From assembly GCA_009103225.1 (NCBI GenBank), contig RHPI01000732.1, forward strand, positions 170,482 to 234,481: 64,000 nucleotides of DNA. The letters run 5' to 3'. The notes below the pieces were generated by a model that made no database searches, was not told the DNA's origin, and saw only the letters and a program-made list of their open reading frames with translations. The position numbers and the translations under genes were made by a program. Shown one piece after another: positions 24,512-36,431 of the stretch. This DNA comes from Chlorokybus atmophyticus. Lineage: Eukaryota; Plantae; Mesostigma and Chlorokybus algae. Positions within the stretch are counted from its first letter, which is position 1; each line of letters begins with the position of its first letter.

Positions 24512-26135
24512 CATGTGCACACGCTACTCGCTAAAACCGGTGCACTCTGACAAGTTTCCTTTGCAATTTTATGTTTGTTTATTGTATAGTGCGCTTCTTT
24601 CTGGTTTGTTAGTTGTATAGTGCGCAATGATGCGGAACCTGTCTGCTTTACCAGTTACAACTGCAGGTTACAGCATGCTTCACTCTCGTGCACACGCGGG
24701 GTTTATGTTTCTTTCCTTGATGCCATCAACACTGCAGCTGGCAACACACGCGTGCTGATATTGAGCAAATGCATGCATGTATGTCTGATGGGGATTGAAG
24801 GCAGTAGTCACAGTAGTTACGTGTGGCTAGTGTAGGTAGACCCCGGTGGTAAATAGATATTGCATGATGATGAGCTTCGTGAACAATGCATGTGTCATGC
24901 ATGTGTCATGTATCATGATCACTTGCTTTTCCCGTACACAGCAAGCAGCATGGCACAGCGTGACAGCATTCTGTGTACTTTGGGCGCTTGTGTATGTACA
25001 GAATCCAACGCAATGTGTCTCAGCTTGCAACCACGTGCGCAATTATGACTCGAATAAAAGGGTACCATTTGCTGTGTTCTGATTGACAACTTGACGGGGT
25101 GCCAACGTACTCGTGCACCTCGACCACTCACAACTGCAAACGAAAGGGTACATGTGACTGTTACATGCCGTGTGTTACTGTGTGCTTGCGCACACGCGCA
25201 TGAGTACAAAAAATCGAAGGTGTTAATGCAAGCATGCAGTTTGCAGCCAGCTGTCCTTGCTACATGTCGGGCATGCTCATGCACCAGTCATGGTAGTTGT
25301 ACTAGCGCAACAACTATGCTCACAACCCACTTTAGTTTCACATATCCAACCACCACCGGGCCACGCACCTATGCTATCACACTACCACTACTCCACCCCG
25401 TTAGACATGCATACATGCATTTCAAGTCCGTCACCTGCACGCAGGTGTTTGTGCTTGCAAGTATGCACGTCCGTGCGCATGTGTGTGTGTGTGTGTACGT
25501 GTCTTGATATCATACTTGCCCGTGTCCAAGCACAGGAATGGGCATACCCCTCTCGCATCTTCTGTACATACGAGTGCACATGCCGAACACTTAATTGTAA
25601 GCCGTCTGCCGAGATGAGCCCAGGCAGCCAGTGGATACGACACAAGATTGTTTGCGTTACCTACGCCGAGCACGTACGTCCCGTTGTTCATCGCAACATG
25701 CTCCGCATGTTGACCTGTAAAGCTTCCTAGCCATTCACTTACATGACCTACAACCAAGACTAACACATTTTCGAGTCCTATTATGTCATCAAGCTACGCA
25801 CGCGCGCGCATAATTGTGTGCTTACTTGCAATGTACACACGTATGCGCACATGCTCAGCGTGCGGAGTTGCTGTATCAAGCTGTGTCATGTGAGCTTGCC
25901 CGAGGGTCTTGTTGAAAGGTCGAAACTGGAGGTAGTCCATGTTGGGTCCTGCTGCTGCTGCCCATCACTCCATGCGATTCCTGTCTTGCACTCAACATAA
26001 TCAGCTAGCCATTGCTGCACATAGTCACATATGAGATACATACCCACAACGCAATTTGCTTGCATCCCATCACAAGCAGTGTCTTTCACCCAGATGAACG
26101 CAGTATTTTTGTCATATCTAGGGGCGCGACATTCA

Positions 26136-27617
26136 TTAGTGCCCGGTGACTCTGTACATGCCGTTGAAGATAAGTTCGTCTTTGCAAAAATGCGACTTGT
26201 CGATGGCGTAGGTGGCGTGTTGAGATCCTGACCTCTCATGCGTGCTCATGCGTGTGCAGGGTGTTCCAACCACATACACAGTGGCAAGTTGCTGTGTTGG
26301 TAACTGTGTACAAAAGAACGAGGGAATTGTGTACGTAGCCCATATGATGGCGCATTCAACCTGCGACAGATTGCCAAGCAACTTTGTGTGATGTGACATT
26401 CTTGTAAATAGTATTGTGGAGTGTGACGTGTAGAGAGTATATAGTGGAAAAATGCGCAGAGCATCTGTGTCTACCAGCGTTTCATTTTCATACACTTCTC
26501 CAACATGTTGAGCTTTTGTGTGCTTGCACAATATGCTCTCTATCGATGTGCGCGTATGTCACATGTGTGTTTCAAAGAATGCATAATGCACCAAGTGCTT
26601 TGCACACCGTGCAATCGCGCTCCCTCGCATGTGCATGCGAGGCTCTCGTAACCAACTGGTCCTATGCGCTCATGGCATTTTAGACTCATGTCCAAGCTTT
26701 ACTGGCTGCTGCGCTCGGCACACGGCACAGTTTGTCTCAACAATTCTAGTAATGCAGCTGCTCTGCAGCTCAGCAAAACGCATAGCTCGCAACTTACCGC
26801 ACGGCACCTCTTAACAGCAGTTGCATCAGAGGTGCAATGCTATTGTTACAATTACAATCTTTCGCTGCTATACACTGGTATACGCAGGTGCAGTCATGTT
26901 GTCCTGCACGCTTTGCAAACTCATCAGATTTATTGCACACGCGCCAATAGAGGTATGGTGGTGGTCAAGGCCTATACGTTAGATGGCATCCACGTGCTAA
27001 ATGAGTGCAGACAGCCAGAGGGTCAAACCATAATGGTTGCGCTTATATAAATGGGTCTAGATACTATTTATGTAATGGTACCTGCACTAACCTAAGGATG
27101 CCTAATTATCAACATATGTACACGCGTGGTGGGCCCACACTCTCGCCCACACCACTATACACAGCATCAGGGTCCTGCTTGTCTATCATTCACTATCCGT
27201 GAAATTTTCACCATTTCTCATGCGTCTACGGGCATCCCGCAGACCTATAATAGCTATGCACGATTCCTCTTTTTCTATGGCCTCGATGTCTTCACGGAGC
27301 TTGCGGATGCGCCTACCGAACGGCAAGACATGCTTGCGGTTCCATTTGGCAAACCATTCCGGAATCTCCTTGTTATCTGTTGGTAAGGGCACAAATGGCA
27401 CATGAGGCTACTACTACTAGTACATGTGCAATCAGTATGCTGCAGGGCCGTATACATTTGCCATATCCCATGCATCATCTCATGCAGATCTCATGCAAAC
27501 TTTGAATCACTGTTCTCACTCCAAGAGCATGTATAATGCGTGGGCACAAGGGCACTGACCTGCATCCTGTTGACTTTTGTTAAAGGCGTCATTGTAGGCG
27601 TCATTATTGTTGGATGC
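26136..27617 (-). CDS. Orphan multi-exon gene, partial model (5' end unresolved, possibly up to about 28100)
   Basis: Exons 27617-27560 and 27376-~27193 join in phase (ASNNNDAYNDAFNKSQQDADNKEIPEWFAKWNRKHVLPFGRRIRKLREDIEAIEKEE...). Terminal exon 26227-26136 (SQHATYAIDKSHFCKDELIFNGMYRVTGH*) has strong C/G-ending codon bias. Confidence 0.4.
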
Positions 27618-29047
27618 CTAACATGCCAATCCACGACCCTTGGAGTGTGTACTTAGCGAAGTAAAGATTGCATTGGCATGCAAAGTGCGTATGTGTGTGT
27701 GGATGCTTGTGAAGCGCCGATCGATGCTTGGATTGGATGCACAGTGAGTGAACGAGTTGTCAGCTATCGATGCTGCGAAAGCTGAAGCTGCCAAGCAGCT
27801 TCATGCGCCAAGTGTAGACATCTGCTGCGGCAGCGCTGGTAGTTGCCGCCGCCTCAAAGCTCTTCTGCATGCAGCTGGGGTGAGACGCTTGGATGTGGAG
27901 AGACATATGCAAGCCAATAACTGCAATAGGACAAAGAGAGACTTGGAGTAACCCAAACACACAAGATTAATACATATGACAGGCCAGCACAGAAGAGAGA
28001 GCCAAAAGCTTGCCTTACACTCACCGCGCAGCAGCTAAAGGGGGCAAGAAAGCCCGTTTCTCCTTGCTCTTGTCCTACTCCTCCTCCTTCTCCTCCGCCA
28101 GCCGCTCAGCTGCACCACGCCGCGCAGTGCAATGCAGCCTAGGCACGCTAAAAGCTAGAGTTTCACACTTTGAGCCGCGCAAGAGCGCCGGTAGGATGGA
28201 TGCTTGTTCTCGTGTGTCGCATTGTAGAGTACACCGTTTAATAAACACACAGAGCATCTGTGTCTAGCAATGTTGTTATTCTCACATCATGTGCTCCGAA
28301 TAGTTGTTGCTGTTGAGCTAGCGCTACACTACGTGCTCTCTATCCATGCGCATGTGTGTGCCCATGCATGCGTGCGTGTCTTGTGCGCGTAGCACATGAT
28401 CCTATACGCTGTTTGCACTCTGCACTAATGTGTAACTGGCAATCTATGCAATTACAATTGTGTTGTACTTTCCTGTAAATGAGCCATGACCTAATTTCAT
28501 AACACCATCTATGGCACAAGCAGTCACAAAAGCTTGCGGTAAACTTTGCACTATTACGTGCAGATCACAGTCACTTGTACTTCTGCAAGCTTGGTCACAA
28601 CAGCGCACACACCAGTGCTGTAAACCACCATCCAGCATGCTATAAAGGTGTCAGGGGGACAGATGCCGTGACAAGCACTGCTTTAAGCAGCAGACTATCC
28701 GGGCTGAATCACAACAGAAGCAAGACTTAATTTGCTAAAAATGAGCCCGACAGTGTCGTGACACTTCTTTGTTGTCACACAAACCCACCCATGTACAATG
28801 CAAAGTAGCGAGAAAGAGACGGTGATTTACACAAGCATTGCACCCCTGATGCTTGTGTTGAGGTTGTGAGCCTGATCTGAACTCAAGAGCAGCTGCAGTA
28901 CCGGTGTGCACTGAGCATGCAGCAGTCTACACAAGCCACATCAAAGTCTACACCGCGCTGCTCAAAGCAATGTACAGGAGCTCAGCTTACAAAAAGCAAG
29001 CATAACCCACGAGCCGCAGGCATCTTTATTGGTTGTACATGAAGTCT

Positions 29048-30234
29048 TCACTTGTAGACCATGTCTTGTTTGGGTGGCACAACAAGCTCCGCATTCTTCT
29101 GTTGTTGCAGTTTAGCGATGGCGAGCTCTACGTGAGCCCCGCGCAGCTTCAGCTCGCGTGCGTCCTGGCACACCGCACAGGGGCCGCACAGGTAGTACGC
29201 GCAGAAGTCGTTGGTGGCGCTGCCGGGAAGGCCGTACTTGGCACGCAGCTTCTGACGGTAATGGCAGGCGTACAGCGCCGCCAATGGCACACGAGGAATG
29301 CCAATGCCCGCCCCTATCATGTCACTGCAAGCATACACACGCATGTGAAACACGTCACGTTTTGCTAGATAACAACAACGTGTGTGACGTGTGTGCGCTT
29401 ATTTGTTGGGCGGTACCAACTCACAGGTGCTGCATTAAGACTCTTGCACTTTCTCCTCTCACATGGACCCGTTGATGCTGATAATACAGCGTGCACAACC
29501 AGCACAACATACACGCAACATGCACACGAGCAGCGCATTACCCTAGTACGGAGAGGCCGCACAGGGCGGAGCCTGCGAGTGCGGGGTGGGTCGAGTCGAG
29601 CATCTCGGCGTTGCGGCCAAATTGGATGCATGGGAAAAATGCTGTGAGGAAGCAGGGGCCGTATCCGTCCGCGCGGCAGTCAAATAGACCTGTACGGCCA
29701 AGAAAAACAAGATCATTGTTGCGGGTTTGCGCACCACTGCTGGCCTTTACAGCTGCAATATTTAACACTGGCTGGCGCAATTGTAGACTGTAGGCTGGTT
29801 ATGTGCATACGAGCGCGCTCGTCACAGGTCAGGTCGGTGTCCTTGTGCATGTGCACATGTGCGTGTGAACATGAGCGTGCCTGCGTGCGTGCGAATGTGC
29901 GTCTAGCCATGAAGTGGTGTCTGCTGTTTGTGCACTGTCAAATCAACACCAACGTCTGGACTAGATGGCTAGAATTGTAACTGCAGACAGCCTCAACGCA
30001 AGCGAACATCCAAGCAAGCAAGCAAGCCTAAGCAGCATCTCAAACACCAACTATGTGGCACACATCGGCCATACCTGTTGACCAGACGCCGTACGGAGCG
30101 GCGGTGACCCCGTTCTTCAGGGCTTCCGTCACATCCAGCAGCGGCTCCATCGCCGCCGCCGCCGCGTCCGTGGGCTTCTCCACAGTCTGGCCCCCCACCA
30201 TCCAAACGTCGGGCTGCGCCTGCTTCACGTCCAT
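29048..30234 (-). CDS. PLAC8 family Cys-rich protein (PCR/FWL/CNR-like), 3 exons
   Basis: WSTGLFDCRADGYGPCFLTAFFPCIQFGRNAE ... YACHYRQKLRAKYGLPGSATNDFCAYYLCGPCAVCQDAREL are the PLAC8 motifs; introns join in phase. Confidence 0.93.
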
Positions 30235-30933
30235 GGCCGCCTTCTCCTCCGCCTCCGCCTCCTCCTCCTTGTCCCTGCCGCTGGCTTGCGCAGCAAAGAC
30301 TACTACTGACGAGCGCACGCTGAGCTGATGGCACGTCACTGATGGCGCGTGCGGGAACTCGTGACGTTATACCTGTGAGAGCGGCTTCCCCTTTCCACAT
30401 TATGAGACTCGCCCTCAGCGTAAGAATACAACCTGATTTGGTCATGAAACACAAGATGACCGAGCGTTTTACGGCCAATAGGTGGGTTGAGAGATTGAGA
30501 TTGAGAGACTACTTTCAAACGTCAAGCGCGTGAAGCAAAGGCTTGCAACTGAAGGTGAGAGTACTCTTGTGATGAGAAAACACCTCAATTTTAACACAAA
30601 TTGTGTTCACTACTTTCGTATGATACAATTGTCAAGCAACAATCATGTTATAATTACGATAACATAACGTGTTGTGCGTTTCTCATGTTGCGAATTAGCA
30701 TGCTCATACTGACTTTCATGTATAAGCAAACACCCACACTTGCATAACCGGTTTTGCAATGGCACTGCAGAATTTGCATTTTGTTACCAATGTGTAATTG
30801 ATGCGAGACGTCACTTTCCTGATGGTAAAAACCCATCAGCAGGCAAGCAATTGGGAACGGTGATAATCGTAATACTCATTGACACGCATAAGTTACCGCT
30901 TGTTCATAGGTTAGGGGCAGGTGGAAGGGGGGG

Positions 30934-31138
30934 NNNNNNNNNNNNNNNNNNNNNNNNNNNNNNNNNNNNNNNNNNNNNNNNNNNNNNNNNNNNNNNNNNN
31001 NNNNNNNNNNNNNNNNNNNNNNNNNNNNNNNNNNNNNNNNNNNNNNNNNNNNNNNNNNNNNNNNNNNNNNNNNNNNNNNNNNNNNNNNNNNNNNNNNNNN
31101 NNNNNNNNNNNNNNNNNNNNNNNNNNNNNNNNNNNNNN
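30934..31138. other. Assembly gap (N run)
   Basis: Run of N with a G-rich left flank. Confidence 0.99.
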
Positions 31139-31243
31139 TTTCTTGTTAATAGCTGCTTTGGCAAATCACAGGAGTATGTTAGGCAGTATGTTAAGCAGTT
31201 ACCCCGGGTACCAGTTAGCGTTAGTTGGACGCTGACCATGGTA
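31139..31243 (+). repeat. 105-bp sequence identical to 41863-41967
   Basis: tttcttgttaatagctgctttggcaaatcacaggagtatg...ggacgctgaccatggta occurs at both places; this copy starts at the gap edge. Confidence 0.95.
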
Positions 31244-32412
31244 CCCCCCCACTGTGCGGCGTGGCACGCCGCCCATGATGACCGACGCGGCGTCTCTGCA
31301 CTCCCCCACACATCCACACTGCGTCCAGCCATGTTCACACCCGCCGCCAGCGCCGCGTTCATCGTTCGTTTTGATCGTTGAATCGTACATGTTAGGCTTG
31401 AGCGCACCAAAGCAATTTTGACTACATAGGAATAAGTTGTGCTTCATGTTGCGTCACGCAGACACGGTGTCTGTGACGCATATGACAGCCCGGTTCAAGG
31501 CATGTTGTGTGCTTGCAGCACCAAGGCAACAATGCTGCAATGCCTAAAGACTAAGCTCCCCGCTATCATGAAAGTGTGCAGTGCATATGTGGCGTTATAC
31601 AAAGCCACACACGCACTGCACACTTTCATGATAGGCGCCACTACTGCGTGCATGGAGCCCTCTCATGTATTGCACGAAGATGTGCCAGCAGTTGTGGTAC
31701 ATCTTTGCTTTGCTTTGCATAGGAGTCCAACCTGGTCCATCTTATAATAAGTGCTAATTGCATTGTTGCGCGCATACCAGAGGTTTGCAGTGATTGCTAT
31801 ATACTTTGGCGCAGCACCAAATAATCACATGGGGCCACGTGCTCACTCTCCACTGCGACCTACCTGATGTCGAAGCTGGACATGGATGCATGTGACATGC
31901 ATGCGTCTACAAGTACTTGCAAGGTGGCTCAAGTACATGTGCAATGCACCTAAGCAAAGCCACAGACGGCAGTGCCATAGTGGGAAATAACAGGACAGGC
32001 AGCCATTTGGAGCAACTGCACGACGACACATGTACACGACCATGTACAAGGAGTGAATACATGTGCACACGTGTGCTGGAAAGCATAGTATACAGTGTTT
32101 GGACATGTTGCGAGCACAACGCTTAATGCTGCCAGACAAGAGCACAGTATGCGAAGAGCAGAGCGGTAACAAGCGCATGGATCTGCCCTTTAGCCACCTT
32201 TATCGCCTTTGTGTGCCAACAATGTGGAGGCATCTGGCATTGGCCTCGCTGCATGAACAGCAAGAAGGGGATGGTACCCGCAACAGCGTTACATAACGAG
32301 CAAGCTCCCAACAACTACCGATGTGTCGGTGAAGGTTGAACTGACCAAATTGATTCTCAAAGCAATAGGAATACAGGAGAGGACCACTGAGTTGGCTCGG
32401 TGGGAGGTGTGA
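31153..32412 (+). CDS. Candidate exons of a gene truncated by the gap; structure unresolved
   Basis: Coding-like frames with splice sites: 31153-~31377, ~32100-32166, and overlapping frames at 32194-32412 (FVCQQCGGIWHWPRC or RYITSKLPTTTDVSVKVELTKLILKAIG). Converges on the gene ending at 32427. Confidence 0.3.
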
Positions 32413-32426
32413 CAGCAAAAGGGTAC

Positions 32427-35400
32427 TCAGCTGTACGGGAAGGTGACATACACGCAACAAGGCAGCGTATTGACAAGCTCTGGCAGAGCCAGGTAAGACA
32501 GGCAGACTGGTGGGTTATATGTTAAGCGCAACTTGATCTCAAGGATTGGTATACTGCAAGAGGAGGAGACAAAGAGAGCAACATCATGACGAACCCTCAT
32601 TAACCACTAGCAAATTGATGGCTTGCGCCATCAAGCTGTTAGCATTTCACCACGTACTCCCCTTTACTAGTGAACGTCACCCAGGCGAACCACCCGCCCT
32701 GTTTCTTCCATGTCTTGAAGCAGTCAAAGCCTTGATGCACAAAAGCAATGCGGACTTCTTGCGATGCTGCATGTGGCAATGAGAGAGAGACCCGGCGCAA
32801 GATCTTGCGACCAGAAGTAATGATAGGGCACTTGTTGTCATCGCCATGGAGGTACATAAAAGTTGCCTTGCACGTTTCTGTGGCAACTAACATTTTGCGA
32901 ATGCTGGGCTCAGCAAACAGTGTGTTGGCAAAAGGAGGGCGCGCAAACATTAGCGCGGGATGCAGCATCGCCACTGGTAGGCCCCCCTCGCAGGCCTCCT
33001 CTGCTCATCAGTGACATTGGGAAGAGCATCAATGGCAGCAAAGGGAATGGGAGTTGGGACGCGTGACAAGAAGAACATGTCTTGTCTTCCGCAGCGACGC
33101 TCAACTCGTGTGCGTTGTGCTTTGTGATGGAGTCCGAGCTGAAGCAACCGTCTCGCTTGTTTCTCAAGACCAGCTCCAAACTTGGCGTGGAGTCTGCAAC
33201 CACCTATACAGAGCCCAGCACATGGAGCCGTTGCGTGTAAACGCTGCTGGGCACGGATAGTGGTGCGACATCCTCCACGTTGCTGCTGATTTCGCTGTTT
33301 GCACTGCTGAAATCCATGCACTTCTGCGCAAGCCTCCTGCTGGAGAACAAGACTGGCTGAAACCTTGCCAGATACTGCACGTCAGATCAAGCATGTCAAC
33401 AAAGCCTGACAGTTCACGCGTTACACGACATGCTCACTAACAAGGATACGAGCAAACCTTACCATTGCATGCAGCCACTTGTCGAGATCATGGGGATTGC
33501 CCGTCCCAGCACTCTTGAGCACTTCAGCGGTAAAGTTGTACAGCTCCTTCACCAGCGCGTAGTCTTCTTTTGTACACAGCACCTCAATACCCTTGTGGCC
33601 ATATCTCTGCCGCATGCACACGGTCTCACCCGCTCCCCGCATGGCCATCTGACGCAGATCGCTAGAAGCGCGCGCGTTTGTCATGTACAGCAATGCATGC
33701 GTCAACACTCTTTGAGACGATCGCACGGACACGCACCATTTCAACACTCGAGCCCCAACATGACAACCGGTCTTTCAAGACCGCATGTCCACCCACTGAA
33801 TGGCTTCACCAACTGACACTTTACTGGTTTGTGTTGGTTGCACGGAAATGTCACTCCATGGCTCCCGCTTGCTCGCTTTGAATTGAACACCCGTTGCTGA
33901 CACCACCAAACAAATAGCACTCTTCAAAAACGCAGCAACGAAGTCACCAATGTTGTAGTTGTTGACGCGTTCCACAGCATTGATGAATGGTGTCACGCTG
34001 ATCTGCATGAGGCGGCCAAGCTTTGCACGCGACTGCATGTTGTGCACCAGGCCTTGCTCGTCAGATTGGCGATGAGCTTTGCGTGGCGTGCTGTGCGTAG
34101 CAATTTCATCTTTGCAAATCTCTGCAGAAATGCTTGGCCCTGCAAGTGAGAAGTACAAGTCAATTACAATTGCAATTCAATAAAGATGCACAAGTGTCAC
34201 AAACACCAAGCCTGGCGCACACGCATGCACACATAGACATGACAATAACCCTTCACTTGCTGACCTTGGTGCTCTGCACGCCGTACATGGTCTCTGCGTT
34301 CATGTCAATCTCATTCAAGTGTGGCCCAGCGGGCTCAGGCGGGCAGCGCAAAGCCGCGCATGTAGCGTAACCACGTTGTTCCAATAACTGGGGATCCGCG
34401 ATGATGGCCCTAAAACCGCATGTCCACATCCAATGCAACATAACAGTCGTCATGTGTGTTGCACTTATCTGCACAAGGGATCGGATGCCAGAAACTTTCA
34501 GCAGGGTGCGCGGTGCCATGCCTGGACCAACAGCACCTATCATGCAGTACAGTGCCTGCTCGCGTTTGGTAACTTGACAAAACCAATTGCCAGGTGGTTG
34601 CACTTCGCTGACATCTGCATGGGCTGGATTGTCCACATTGACAGAGGATGTCCAGACAGCGTCCGCCTCGTCAAGAACCAACACAACCTGCGTGCAATCC
34701 TGCTTGTGCAGGAACTGCGCCAGCTTCTCCAGGGGGGCTGGCTGCCTTGGATGGGATCAGAACAAGCCGCTTGCCACAACTGAAGTCGCTGATGCAGCTG
34801 GTCATAACTTCCCAGTCACTTTGTCTACCGGTGAGGTATGCCACCCTCATATACGGCTTCAGCAGGTTTTCAAGGTTGGTCCTCAACGTGCTGACATCTT
34901 GATACATGTCGCCAACTGCCAACACAACTGGCTTGCGCATAAAGGACGCTGACAGCGCAACTCCAGCAGCAAATGCGGTTTTGTTGCTCTGTTCTGTTGA
35001 CATTACCACATGAGAACCTGGGTTCTCCACACACCTGCACATCATGACATGTTCAGAAGAACAGAATTCAAAGTGGATTAAGCTTTCAAAGCATGCTTCT
35101 ACAAGCCTTGCTAGCATGCATATCATGTTGCTGGCTGTGCCTATGTATTCCTTCACCTCGGGAAGTGATATTTTTGAAGTTGATCAGGCTTTCCAAGCTT
35201 GTCCTTGACTTGCGGTGAACAACTTCACCTGTCAATGCAGCATGAAGCTGCCTGAAGGCGTCCTGTGTCATGGCTTCATGCATCGATAACAGTGCTGGAT
35301 TCTTGTTGGCATCCAACACGTAGCAGTCTTCAGGTCTGCTGTCCGCAGGCTCAGCGTCTGCCTCATCATCAACGACGTCATCGGCAACATCACTACCCTG

Positions 35401-36431
35401 AACGTCGCTTTCCGTGTACCTGCCAACCTCGCCAATTGTGTCCTCTTCTGACGCGGTGTCGTCATCCCATGTGGTAGCTTCAGAATCTTGTTCAGATTCC
35501 TGTTCACTTGGCACCGCAGGCAGATCTGGTGTTTATGATCTGCGCTGAGGTGGAACTGCATTGCCAGCTGACGCCCATCGGTTGTGGCGTTGCTGCAACA
35601 ACATCTGGGGGCTGCCAAAGACAGATCACACTTGGTCATGCTGGACTTGTTGCTGGATATGCAATGCTGATGCATGTTTGACAGTTCCGGTGTACCTTTT
35701 CAAGGTCGCTGATCTCCTTCTGCAGCTGACGAATCAACTCCTCTCTTTTGCTTATCTCATAATCTGATCACAAACGAGCCAATGGGTTATTTGGGTAAGG
35801 CTTGTGCCACAACAAAGCAGCAGTGCTGCAATGCAAAGTCACAAATGATGATGATCAGATTGAGGTAGTAGCTTGCTTTTAGATGAGTATCTCCCTCCGT
35901 TCACATGCGCATATTGCAGTCACAACCATAGCAACAGCAACAAGATTGACAGCAACGGCAATCGCAACCACATTAACAACAACGACACCACCACACATAA
36001 ATAAGCAATTGCAGGCACCACTACGATACCAGTGCTTGCATGTTCGATTGCATGCACAAGCGCACACAGAAGTTTGTGTGTTGCACACCTGAATTCACAG
36101 CAGGCTTGGCCTCCTCCGTCTCCGTCTCCGTTTCTGTCTTCTCGTCCTCCTCCGCCTCCTTCACCTGCCCATGTCCACCATGGTTGCCAGGCAGGCTGTA
36201 CTGCCTCATGTAGGCCAACGCTCCCGGCACGCTCGCACGCTGTACTGGCCTGTGTGGCTTAGGCCGCCTGTCTCCGCCCAAGGGCTGGTACACAGGTTGC
36301 ATGCTTTCCCTCTTGTTGTTGTTGTTGTTGTTGTCGTTGTTGCGGCGCCTCTTTGGGTAGACAAACTTCATGAAGGCCGCAGGCAGCCCCGCGTCCTTCT
36401 CCCTCTGAGTCCAATCCCCTGGCCGCTTCAT
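32427..36431 (-). pseudogene. Intron-containing, apparently disrupted superfamily-2 helicase-like gene with acidic N-terminus (Z1-associated ATPase-like)
   Basis: Ordered motifs: HVVMSTEQSNKT (Walker A-like, ~34977-35010), VLVLDEAD (34661-34684), LVQISAT (motif III, ~34457-34477), LMQISVTP, CVSVRSSQRVLTH...DLRQMAMRGAG (motif V/VI-like, ~33640-33745). Clear GT-AG introns at ~34265-34140 and ~35150-35020. Frame breaks at 34732-34737, 33775-33777, 33204-33206 and ~32982-32987. Confidence 0.55.

Noticed and set aside
34732-34737. Programmed +1 frameshift at CCC-C in the helicase-like gene
   Set aside because: An intron, a homopolymer error or decay explains it more simply, and the gene has other lesions.
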